A stretch of DNA of 62,953 bases, counting the filler, from Folioceros fuciformis (taxonomy: Eukaryota): assembly GCA_049999805.1 (NCBI GenBank). It is 5 parts of 5 records of this genome, joined end to end, with 100 filler letters (N's around TTAATTAATTAA, not from the genome) between each part and the next. Parts side by side here need not be neighbours in the genome. Positions count along the whole stretch, not along the records: positions 1 to 30,853 come from JBNGIO010005081.1; 4 more parts are not named here. The stretch is one strand, 5' to 3'. The notes under the pieces were generated by a model. It did no database searches and had not been told where the DNA came from. It saw only the letters and a list, made by a program, of their open reading frames with translations. The position numbers and the translations under genes were made by a program. Of this stretch, positions 1-11,522 are shown in pieces. Each line of letters opens with the position of its first letter. Positions within the stretch are counted from its first letter, which is position 1.

Positions 1-160
1 CTTTGCTTTAGTGCTACTACACTTGGAAGTTGGGGCTTTGCTTTAGTGTAGCACTACACTTGGAAGTTGGGGCTTTGCTTTAGTGCTACTACACTTGGAA
101 GTTGGGGCTTTGCTTTAGTGTAGCACTACACTTGGAAGTTGGGGCTTTGCTTTAGTGCTA
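1..160. repeat. Tandem repeat of alternating 35/37-bp units (72-bp higher-order dimer), running off the window start
   Basis: CTTTGCTTTAGTG(CT|TAGC)ACTACACTTGGAAGTTGGGG at 1-35, 36-72, 73-107, 108-144, partial 145-160. Confidence 0.95.
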
Positions 161-249
161 CAAAACAACATACCAACTCCGTAGAAAATAGCATGACAAA
201 CACATTATCTCTCACTTTCTCCATGGTCACCCCAACACTATGGAACATC

Positions 250-1870
250 ATCCTTCTACGCACACTCAAATCATAGCTATGTGATCTTATCATGGTTAGT
301 AGGCTCTTACAATTATTCCACATCTTGGCACCTACTATACATCTATTGCACATCAGCAAAACTGACATCGTGCTTATCAATACCTAGTGCCTTGTCTCAT
401 TGCCCTGCTCGACCCTGACCACCATGCATGTGTAGTGATCGAAGTTACGTTTGTGAGAGAAGCTTCCAAACCACTATGATTGAATACTATTTGTACACTA
501 AGGAACCTGATAGGAACCTGATACCTTTTGTCATTCCCACAAACAACTGAAATACCGCTTCCCCGTCCGCTTGATAAGTGTATCTACAACTAATGCAGTC
601 CAGGAGACGACTTCTGTTTCTGGCAAAGCATCAACCACGAGCTGTGCATCACGCTCCCTAACTTTGATGAATGCTTATCAAGCTGGTGCATAGGAAAGGC
701 TCAGCTTGAAACTTCTGATAATCTTATCTGTGCTTGATACTACCTTCCCGCATGCCAGGCTACTACACTTGCACATGCCTGTAGGAGGCAAGAAAATGTC
801 ACTGAACCCTCGTCTTGCATTGCCCTCCTAACAATGCCCGTCTTTGTCCACCTCGTTACCCCATCTTTCTATCTAAAATTCATCAAACGCACCCTGACAA
901 TCCGTTGGGCTGGCGCACTCTGCCTACATACATACGTGTATGTATATACCAAGCTGTCTGCTACAACCATGTCAACCTTACGGCCCCAATCTCTTACAGT
1001 GGCACGGAAGTGTTTGCTTTTCTCGAAAGCCCGGGTGACCGTTTAGCACACGCGTGCAGAAGGGGAACTAATGTCAGCGAAACGGGTGCAACAATCCCTT
1101 CCTCTTGCATAGCTGTGTAGAGATCAAGGGCTTCATGCCCCATGCCCTGCTGGCAATAACCTGCTAGCATGGCATTTCACGTCACCACGTTTTTTTTATC
1201 AAGCCCATCAACCACACTTTGAGCATCCGAGGCTGCCACACTTTGTATGTACGTCCACCACATTGGTGCATCCGAACATGTCAGCTTCAAGTCCCCGTTT
1301 TCGAATTTGTGCATGAAGACGCCTCCCCTCCTCCAAATCAGGGCTCCCAAGACTAACACATGCCTGAAGGAGGCACACAAAGGTTTCAGAATTCGGTTCA
1401 CCCATGCCTTTTTGATGCATAAACCAGTAGAGACGAGGCTTCCCGCTCCATGCACTGCTGTGCATATCCTGCTATCCTGGCATTCCACATCACCACACGT
1501 TTTGTGCACAGGCCTGAGTTCAACGTCAGAAGCCAACACATCGGCATGCACTTGCTGCCTGGATGTCAAGTCTCCACCCCAGCCTCAGGCTTGAAGGGCT
1601 GCTACAAATGCATGGCCATCTGGACTCCAGCTGACCTCCACATCCGATGATACAGTCGTATGACTTGCCTGTCTTCTCCATGTTTAACACTTGCAGAAAT
1701 TACAGCAGACCGCGTGAAGGATTCTGGTTCAGCAACCATGATGAACACATCCATAGCTTTTTTGAACCTGGCCTGAGAAGCACACATTCGCAAGATGCGG
1801 TTACACAAGAACATATGTACAGTACTTAACACAGCCCTCCTGCACGGCGAGAGCATGCACAATGCGACCC
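250..1870 (-). pseudogene. Degenerate PLS-class PPR gene, probably E-type
   Basis: PPR-like peptides in shifting frames: LCNRILRMCA..KAMDVF..FTRSAVISASVKHGEDRQVIRLYHRM; EPNSETFVCLLQACVSLG..LEEGRRLHAQIRKRGLEADMF..VVDVHTKCGSL; VVDGLDKKNVVT; E-like VLLMCNRCIVGAKMW near 300-360. Boundaries approximate. Confidence 0.8.
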
Positions 1871-2345
1871 AGATGCAAATCCATCTAGGCCAGTTAGATC
1901 GTACACCAGAGAACTCACAAAGCCTCAGCTGCATCACTGATCAACCCCTGCTAACGTATGTATATTGTTAGCGCCAGCGTCTTACAGCTTATCCCTCTTC
2001 AGAGGAATGCCTGTCACAGGCTGTGACAGGCATCCCTCTAAAGTTCCCTGAAGTTCCTGTAAATCGCAAGGGACTCCCCTCCATCCTCCTCGGTATGGGG
2101 TCGACAGGCAATTAATCTAGACGAGCGAACGGGACACGACTTCAGTTCGACAAGCCACACGCCCATGCAAAAGAGGATCTTTACTATGGAGAAACAGCCA
2201 GCTAGCTATACACACAGAGTCGAACAGGCAGGCGACAAGCGCAACTCCCATTTAGAACTACATAAACAGTACACTTTGACGTCCATCAAACAAATCCGCT
2301 AAACGGGAGGACTTTTCTATGCTGCCTGCAAACTCCTCGTCCAGT

Positions 2346-3599
<1,254 letters not shown>

Positions 3600-3664
3600 C
3601 TAGGGAAGGGAAGCCGAAATCGAAGCCGGGTGAAGATACGGTACTGGAGAGGGCAAGACGAGGT

Positions 3665-3671
3665 CTTTATA
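3665..3671 (-). promoter_or_regulatory. TATA box of the polyubiquitin gene
   Basis: TATAAAG on the minus strand ~150 bp upstream of the ATG, followed by a pyrimidine-rich leader. Confidence 0.6.
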
Positions 3672-4273
3672 GCGCAAGTAGCAGTACACAATGCTCTACG
3701 AGATTAAGCATAGCCCTAATGTGCCAGACTCGGGCACATTAGGGCTAAATACCGATGGAGCTCGATACGTCTGGCAGTGCCCGAGGTATCGAGCTGTGGG
3801 TTACTTGTGTAGTGGGTTATGTGGTCAATGGTGCACATTATTTTTGAATTCGTGTTTACACCTTACACCTCACAGTTTGAAAAAGAAGGAGGGTCAGGCC
3901 ATCCTACAATCTTATCCAACACGCTGTCAAAGTTCGCCTGTGGTTCACAGCGGCAATCAACCCGCCACACCACATACAGCCATAGGCCAACCCTGCCAAT
4001 CCTCATGTCAGCAGTCTCCCCAAGTGGCACCACTGACATTGAAACGGAACTTCTGACCTGATTTGCTTTTAAGTTGTCCACAGGTCTTGCTCTTTCTGGC
4101 TTATGGAACGAAAATTGGTTAACGGAAACAAGTGTGAAAGGGAAGATGGGGGCTGCTTAGAGTCTAAATAGCTTTTAGACCAAACGGAGCATGAATCCAA
4201 ATGGAGCAACGTACTTGTTGGCTCATCGTCCAAATGGCTTTTGGGCCAATAGGCACACACATTTGTCCAAATG

Positions 4274-4370
4274 GTACCTTGCCCCCTGACAGTAATGTCT
4301 CTCTTGGTACCTTGCGCCATGTCAAAATGTTTCTCTTGGGTACGTTGCCCCATGACAATATATCTCTCCT
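4274..4370. repeat. Three degenerate ~32-bp tandem units, possible MITE or transposon-end relic
   Basis: GGTAC(C/G)TTGC(C/G)CC..G(A/T)CA..AT(G/A)T(C/T)TCTC(T/C)TT x3; several CCAAA(T/C)GG motifs upstream at 4180-4275. Confidence 0.55.
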
Positions 4371-4780
4371 TGTCAACGTATGATATGTGAATATTGTACT
4401 AGGCCTTAAGTACAGGGCCTTTCATACCGTTCATAATCAATCACATACTTGGTGCGGTTAGATCGTGAAACATGTAGTTCTGATACTGAATGGCTTCTGG
4501 GCAACTCCTGGGGGTGTTCGTCATTGAAGATTTTCTTGCAAGTGCTCCCCGGCCTCTGGAACTCATCACAAGGTCCGGTTTCCGCTAGTCAGCCATGTGG
4601 AATCGATGAGGCCAGAGCCTGCACCATCATGATTGTAGCTCACGTTGCCGCCGTCCTTATCCTTGTGCACGTGTGAGGGGTCGAATAACCCAGGGGAGGG
4701 AGCTTCACTGAAATGTGTGGGCGGAAACATATCTTCGTGCAGGTTCGCAAGGATATTGCCTTGGCCACGTTGGTTGAGAT

Positions 4781-7231
4781 TCATAGTATGCAGCCTTGAT
4801 GTGGTACATAGCCCGCCCTCCTGAGCTCTGACTTGAGCGTCTCCAGGACTTCATATACTACTGCCTGTTGTTGATGTCTACGGTCCCCAACCAGGAAAGT
4901 GTGGACCTCCTGCTCATGCTCGATCCAGCTCTGCCCAGGTTTCTTCCACGCACAAGCTTTGTCCCTCATTACTCTTGTTTCATGTGCATATTCCCACATT
5001 CCAGCATCCGTGTAGATATTGGACATCAGCACATACGCTGAAGCTTCTGTTGGCTCCAGGGCTATTGCATGATTGAACGCCCGCCTCCCCACCACCACAT
5101 TGCCATGCTTTTGGCAGGCACCAAGCAAACACAACCACAAGGACAACTTTGGCTCCATGGGCATCTGCAGAATCAAGTCTTCAGCCTCTTTGAAACGTCC
5201 AGACCGACCAACAAGATCGATCGCACACACATAGTGTTCATGTATTGCAGCAATGCCATATTCTCTTGTCATGTTCTCAAAGTACGCCAATCCTTCATCC
5301 ACCAGACCAGCGTGACTGCAGGCAGACAGGAGCGCCATGAATGTAACACCGTCTGGCTTCAGGCCCCTCTCACACATGGCATTGTAACATTCTATACTCT
5401 TCTGACAATCACCTTGCCGGGAATAGCCCGCAATCATTGCCGTCCACGAAACCACATCAGGCTGGGGAAGCAAGTCAAATACACGTTGTGCGTCTTCCAT
5501 GCTCCCACATTTTCCGTAGGAATGAATCAGGCTCGTTGCTATGGACAGACTCTTATCAATTCCATCAACAATCATACTTTGATGGATTTGCTTGCAGGTA
5601 TCCAAGGCTCCTGTGCTGCTGCACGCCTCTAGGACAGAAAGGCATGTGGTCTCATCCAACTTTGGATGTGCCAATTGCATTTGCCTGTAGGCCTGCAACG
5701 CTTTTTCTCCCTCCCCTTGTGCAGCATATGCCGCGATCATTGCACTCCACGACACAACATCTCGGTGGGACAACCCATCGAATGCACGACATGCATCTGT
5801 AACACTACCACACTTGGAGTACATACTAACCAAACTGTTTCCGACAAACACATCCGACTCCAAGCCCATAAGAGCAGCTTCAGCATGTAGTTTCCTACCC
5901 TTCGCAAGTGACTGCACTTTTACGTATTGTCCGTGTACAAGTGCACTTTCCTCTTTCTCTGCCAGGCTGCCACATGCTTGGAAAACGCTTACAAACGTTC
6001 GACTGTTGGACTTGATGCCTTCTTGTTGCATTTGTGCATAAATCTGCAACCCTTGTTCTCCTTGGGCCAGCTGGGCATAAGCTGCAAGAATGGCATTCCA
6101 TGCCACTACGTCACGCTTGGACAAGCCATCAAAAACCAGCTGTGCATCCACAACGCTCCCACACTTTGCATACATACTGACCAGACTGCTGCCAACGTAA
6201 CAGTTCGAACCATAGCCTAGTGAAGCAGCTACCGCATGAATCTCCTTCCCTGTTTCCAAGAACTTCGATTTCTGGCGTTGCTTCTCGCTCTTCTCCAGCT
6301 CTGCTAGAGTACCACACGCTTGCAGAACACTTGACAAGGTCCAAGCATCGGGCTTAACGCCCTCTTTCCGCATTTGATAGAACATTCGCAGAGCCTTGTC
6401 TGCTCCTTGCTCCTGCTGAGAGTATGCTGCAAGCATTGCATTCCATGAGACCACATCCCGCTTAGGCAGGCTGTCAAAAACCTCTTCTGCATCCACGATA
6501 CTGCCACATTTTGCATACATACTAACCAGAGTATTGCGCACAAAGACATCAAACTCAAAGCCATCCTTCACAGCATCAGCATGAATTCGCTTGCCCATCT
6601 CTAGGTCCTCCATCCTACCACACACCTTGAGTAAGCTAACAAAGGTGTAGTTGTTGGGATGGACACCTGCTTCCTGCATCTGCTGGTAGCAGACCAGAGC
6701 CTCTCTACACCGTCCAGCATTGCCAAACCCAGAAATGAGAGCCGTCCACGAAAAAACTGCTGGCTTTGACAACCTCTGAAACACACGAAGACCGTCTGCC
6801 AGGCTTCCGCAGTTGATGAGCGTGGTCACAATGAAGTCGCCCAAAGCTCTGTCTGACTCCAATCCATGCTTTGCAATATGAGCACAAACCTGCCTCGCCT
6901 CCACGATTGCCTTCTTCTTCATACACGCCTGTAAAAGGCTTCTGTACACTGGCACCGGGGGTACACAACCCCGTTGATCCATGGAGAACAGGAGATCCAG
7001 CGCCCCATCAATCTTTCCATCTCTGCACAAATTGTCTACCTCACGCACCACGCTCCCTCGCTTAGTACCCACCCGAGCAGGATTCCGGCTGCTGAGCAGG
7101 ACAGGCTCGGTACCCCAGTTCTCCCTGCACTCCGGAGGCCTGGCTCCACAATGCAGGCCCGCTGCCACAGACTGGCTTGAAGTCGGAATTTCTTGGCCAC
7201 AGACAAATGGTTTTGGGCAAATGAGACTCAT
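4781..7231 (-). CDS. PLS-class pentatricopeptide repeat protein, E+ subgroup (organellar RNA-editing specificity factor); true start uncertain
   Basis: Uninterrupted P-L-S triplets (DVVSWNAMLAAYSQ; TLVSMYAKCGSIVDAEEVFDSL), E1/E2 (WLCLLGACQKHGN; AYVLMSNIY), PG box KKPGQSWIE, ends GYVPHQGCIL* with no HxE/CxxC/DYW; start taken at the MSLICPKP ATG (7231). Confidence 0.95.
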   Translation of the reverse strand: MSLICPKPFVCGQEIPTSSQSVAAGLHCGARPPECRENWGTEPVLLSSRNPARVGTKRGSVVREVDNLCRDGKIDGALDLLFSMDQRGCVPPVPVYRSLLQACMKKKAIVEARQVCAHIAKHGLESDRALGDFIVTTLINCGSLADGLRVFQRLSKPAVFSWTALISGFGNAGRCREALVCYQQMQEAGVHPNNYTFVSLLKVCGRMEDLEMGKRIHADAVKDGFEFDVFVRNTLVSMYAKCGSIVDAEEVFDSLPKRDVVSWNAMLAAYSQQEQGADKALRMFYQMRKEGVKPDAWTLSSVLQACGTLAELEKSEKQRQKSKFLETGKEIHAVAASLGYGSNCYVGSSLVSMYAKCGSVVDAQLVFDGLSKRDVVAWNAILAAYAQLAQGEQGLQIYAQMQQEGIKSNSRTFVSVFQACGSLAEKEESALVHGQYVKVQSLAKGRKLHAEAALMGLESDVFVGNSLVSMYSKCGSVTDACRAFDGLSHRDVVSWSAMIAAYAAQGEGEKALQAYRQMQLAHPKLDETTCLSVLEACSSTGALDTCKQIHQSMIVDGIDKSLSIATSLIHSYGKCGSMEDAQRVFDLLPQPDVVSWTAMIAGYSRQGDCQKSIECYNAMCERGLKPDGVTFMALLSACSHAGLVDEGLAYFENMTREYGIAAIHEHYVCAIDLVGRSGRFKEAEDLILQMPMEPKLSLWLCLLGACQKHGNVVVGRRAFNHAIALEPTEASAYVLMSNIYTDAGMWEYAHETRVMRDKACAWKKPGQSWIEHEQEVHTFLVGDRRHQQQAVVYEVLETLKSELRRAGYVPHQGCIL

Positions 7232-8486
7232 TTTGTCTGTCCGCCCTGCATCCGGCCTCTTCGCATTTCTCTTCGAAGAGATCACACGTATGCAAACTGT
7301 AAGGCATGGCCGTATACGTACTGCCACCGCGCTTTCAGGGGACGTGTTGCCTGCATGTGCTCCTCCACCAACTTCCCCAACCAGCGGAAGCATACACCAA
7401 TCACGAATCACAACCGAGTATCGTATCACACATCTTACGATCCGAATCAGCAAACTCGAGTCGCGAATAATGAACCGTGAAATAGATGGGTGTGCACATA
7501 CGAATTCATTCTGAAATGCCAGTTCTCTTGAAAGAAGCACACAAATAAGGCAGGTTGCAACGACGCCCACTTTCACGTGTTTTCATTCCGAAATCAGGTT
7601 GTGATGTTGGTCACCAGGGATGGTGCGGTGGAGGCCGGAGCAACATGCGCTCTGACCCTGGCTGACAGTCACCTGGGGGAGCTGGCTGCGCAAGGGACTA
7701 TCGTTCACAGACATAGGATTCCGCACACCGGACTGTTGTCATCTGTTTCACCAGATGCACTCACTTCGCGTCTGGGAAGCACGAGTGACTCCTTCCCTGG
7801 CGGATAAGTTTCTACAGTCTTGTTTCAGCACGCAATGATTCGGCGCCATCTGCGGGACCTAGGTGGAGTTACAGGAAGCCACTGAGGTACGTAGTCGTGT
7901 TTCCCCAATACAAGCACACAGACGTGTCGGAGTCGAGGCGCATCGGGGTAAGGCGAGGCTCGTGGAGACGGCACGATGCAGACGCTGGAGGTTGTGTAGG
8001 ACAAGAGGAACGACACGATCCACAGCGATCGGCGATCTCATGATTTCTGCCACCACAAAACACCTTGAAAAATGTGGCACACGCTTTTCCCTCCGATTTC
8101 TTCTCAAAGTCTTAGAAAGCACGGAAGAGAGTACATACTACTCGAATTAACTTAGATCTGAAATTTGCCGTTGGTCATTCACCTTAGAAATCAGCAGTAT
8201 GTAACTTTGAATGGAGTCTGTCCAGCCTTGGGCGTGCTCATTGACCGCCTCAATTGACCCATACCAAGATGCCCGGTTCTTACGTTCATTGAAAACCAAC
8301 ATGAACGACCGAAGAAAAACACTTGGCACACAGATAATGGACGTTTGCTGAGCAGGACAGAAGACAGCCGGCATCCCTGTTATCTAACACCATGACTGTG
8401 CCCAGGGCATGAACATTTTTTTGCAGTCGTATCCAAAGATACCACCACTCGGAAGGGTGCGGCAAACACCTCTGCTCTATCGAGGA

Positions 8487-9211
8487 TTATGTTGGATAAT
8501 CCGAATTTATTCCAAAAATCCGGACTCGGTGCATGTTGGGAATTTTTGCCACCTCCATCACAAATACCGCGACCGTGTTCGGGATGAGCCAGAGCATCCT
8601 GTGCTCAGTAGTATGACATGCAATCAAGTACCTACACAGGAGGGCAAAAGGGCAGAGAAGATCAGGCACAAACAAGGTCGGGTATCATGACGAATTTCTT
8701 GGAAACTTTTTCAAGCTAAGGCTGAGTCATTGCAAACAACATACAAGGAGAAGATCTTACAGAACAAGAGGTACTACAGTCAGAAACTTCCTGTTGCGAG
8801 TTAACTGCCTCCCATCATCTACTTGCTCCCACCATGTGAGCATGCTATACTCCCCCTGGTCTTCTGCAAAGGGTGTGCCCTTCATCCAGTGGAAACATCG
8901 GTATGTCACCTGATTATCACGTCATACAGGGTAAGGCAACGCAAGGCCCAGGTAGGGCAGGGTAGCTGCATGCAGAAATGTCACCATTGCTGCCCTGGAG
9001 AATCACTCACAGCAGCATGGATGAGGTTCACAATGCTCCAGGCAGTGCCTGCCTCCACACTGAACACTGAGAAAATGGTGAGCCAGAGCAGGAAAATGAT
9101 TATGATGTAGATGCTCCACACGCCGGGATACAGAAACCAGGAGGTATTCTTATTCGAATCAGGTGGAGGGACCGCCTTTACGTACAGATCCCCCACCACC
9201 GAGGCATCCAT
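8487..9211 (-). CDS. ORM1: ORMDL/ORM1-family sphingolipid homeostasis protein; 3 exons 9211-9011, 8909-8761, 8631-8487 (164 aa)
   Basis: LYVKAVPPPDSNKNTSWFLYPGVW; VTYRCFHWMKGTPFAEDQGEYSMLTWWEQVDDGRQLTRNRKFLTVVP; AKIPNMHRVRIFGIN; GT-AG introns keep frame (495 nt). Confidence 0.95.
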
Positions 9212-9964
9212 TCTCGTTCCTAGCCTGTGCTGAATTCCCTCGTCCGTCATGCTCATATGCCTGAGGATCCGTCCGCGAATTTCCCCTTCCGAGCGCACAG
9301 CTGTTGCGAGTCCCGCAGCTCACAGTGCGCTACCGGAAGCTGCACCTTTGCATCTAGGAAAAATAAGCCATTCCAGCAAGTAGCAAGGAACGGATTCAGC
9401 AATTGGACAGGCTCGGAATTCCTCTGCCAAAGCTCAGACCTTGCATCTGAGACCTCGTGGCCACTTGCTCACAAAGCCTCTCGGTATGGACGTTGAGATG
9501 AGCATGTTAGAACATGGTTACCACACCTACTCACTTTCCATCGACGACAGAGCGGTTGTAGCTACTGCAACAAGCTACAACCAACTATGAGTCCATGGAA
9601 AGTGCACAGGTGCAATGTGTAGAGGATAAAACTTGCACATGCTCCAGTGAGTACAACGGAGTTCCCTTCCTGAGGCCGACTCGAACCTCCCCCTTCGATA
9701 CGGGCTTCGTGGTAGAGTAGGGGTCACGTATCAGGGACTACCAGGAAGTTGAATGTTCCATAACCTAAAATTGGCCCTAACTTGTCAGTGCATTCCCTTA
9801 GGCGTGTGAAGTGGAAGCTGTCAATATTGTCCCGCGCTTAGTGGACAGGTCCCTGATCAGCATTGGAGGTTTGCAATTCTCGTTGCTCATCTGAGTTGCA
9901 GCGGCTTTCGACTGTCTGTCTGCTGGCCCTCTAATTTGAGCTGTGTGTGCAGGGTGAGGGAGCA

Positions 9965-10726
9965 ATGGCTCACGCACATGCTCCGTATCTGGGTGAGGCC
10001 GTGGTTGGAGGGCCTGGAAAATTCAGCCTAACACCTGCTACTCCAGTGGGGCACACGCAGACTCCATATGTCACAGGAACCTCTGTGCTTGGGATCAAGT
10101 ACAAGGACGGCGTATTGATCGCGGCGGATACTGCCGGCTCATACGGCTCCACTCTGAGATACAAGAGCGTCAGCCGGATAAAGGCTGTTGGGAAACATGT
10201 CTTGATTGGGGCCTCTGGGGAGGTCAGTGATTTTCAACAGATTTGTGAACTCCTGGATGAGCTTATCCTAGATGATCAGATGTGGGATGATGGGAACAGC
10301 TTGGGCCCCAAGGAGGTCCATAGTTACTTGAACAGGGTTATGTACAATAGGCGCAACAAGTTCGATCCTCTCTGGAACAGCTTGGTACTTGGTGGGGTGA
10401 AGAACGGAGTGAAACATCTTGGAGTGGTGAGCATGATTGGTGTTCATTACGAGGATGATCATGTCGCTACTGGTTTTGGGAACCATTTGGCCCGGCCCAT
10501 TTTTCGCAAGGAGTGGCGGCCGGACTTGTCTCTCGAGGAAGGAGTCGGGTTGTTGCAGAAGTGTCTGCTTGTGCTGCTTTATCGAGATAGGTCATCCATC
10601 AACAAGTTTCAGGTGGCAAACATCACGGAGAAGGAGACTACCGTGTCTGAACCTTTTGCTCTGAAAACAAATTGGGACTTGAAGGCATTCAAAAACCCTT
10701 CAGCTGGAGCGGAAGGTACATGGTAA
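9965..10726 (+). CDS. PBG1: 20S proteasome subunit beta type-4 (beta7), intron-free core
   Basis: TQTPYVTGTSVLGIKYKDGVLIAADT..SYGSTLRYKS..MYNRRNKFDPLWN..ATGFGNHLARP..LLYRDRSSINKFQ..GTW; TGTGCAG acceptor at ~9952 implies an upstream (UTR or short coding) exon. Confidence 0.96.
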   Translation: MAHAHAPYLGEAVVGGPGKFSLTPATPVGHTQTPYVTGTSVLGIKYKDGVLIAADTAGSYGSTLRYKSVSRIKAVGKHVLIGASGEVSDFQQICELLDELILDDQMWDDGNSLGPKEVHSYLNRVMYNRRNKFDPLWNSLVLGGVKNGVKHLGVVSMIGVHYEDDHVATGFGNHLARPIFRKEWRPDLSLEEGVGLLQKCLLVLLYRDRSSINKFQVANITEKETTVSEPFALKTNWDLKAFKNPSAGAEGTW

Positions 10727-11522
10727 TGTTGTGCACTTTCGTGTGGAGTGCGAGAAGAGCATTTCGTTGGCTGGTCGTAGTTCCTTGAGCTCGAAGACTA
10801 AAGGATGCGTTCGCAGTGCGTGTGGCTCTGTCTTGATTCTATCTGTATAACTTGTCAGTCCGAGTCTTGTCGGCAACCTACGTCCAGTGAGTTGTACTTG
10901 GGCAGTCTTTTCCTAGTGTCGGATCAGCAGATAGTTCGTACATAGTATGGACAAGGTGTGCAAACTGCTAGCTGCTATTTCAACGTGAAGGCATTTACCC
11001 CCCATCAATACATTACATGTTCGAAGGCGCATTCTGACGTTCCAACGACGTCTGGCTATTTTTTGAGTCCACCATCTACCGCGCTGCCAAAACTTGCCCT
11101 CTACACCTGTCAGAGGTGAGTTGCGCCCAAAGTACTTATCATTCTCGTAAACCAAAGATATTTGATACACCAAAACAAAACCCCTTGAACACAACACAAT
11201 GGGACAGCCCACAGCTGTTATTTGATATACAAGAATTTGTTCGTGATCAATGAAAAGCCGCTCTTCACATGTTTTGGAAAAAATTTACTCACCAGACATG
11301 AGACAAAAGCAAAGACCCTGAGCACTTTGTCAGCCACTCGGTATATTTCAACTCCAGACTTTCGTCATATCAGAGACTTTTTCATAACTTTCAGTGTCTG
11401 CAAGCAGGACAGGCAAGTTTTAGACAACTAGCGCCTTCCACTTACGAATTTGATCCCGTGCCAAACGTTATGGCTTCATGCAATCCAAGGAAACGCTTAC
11501 TTCCAATGAGCCTGTTATGCTT

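Noticed and set aside
1-160. CRISPR-like 35-37-bp repeats
   Set aside because: Units are contiguous with no unique spacers, the context is eukaryotic and there are no cas genes
4449-4784. ORF just downstream of the PPR stop as a split DYW domain
   Set aside because: No HSE, CxxC or DYW-like motif in the translations examined
7232-7576. 115-aa N-terminal extension of the PPR ORF
   Set aside because: Begins at GTG and looks like intron/UTR; not supported as coding
9665-9740. tRNA or SINE suggested by GGTTCGAGTC on the minus strand
   Set aside because: No cloverleaf, acceptor stem or A-box could be built
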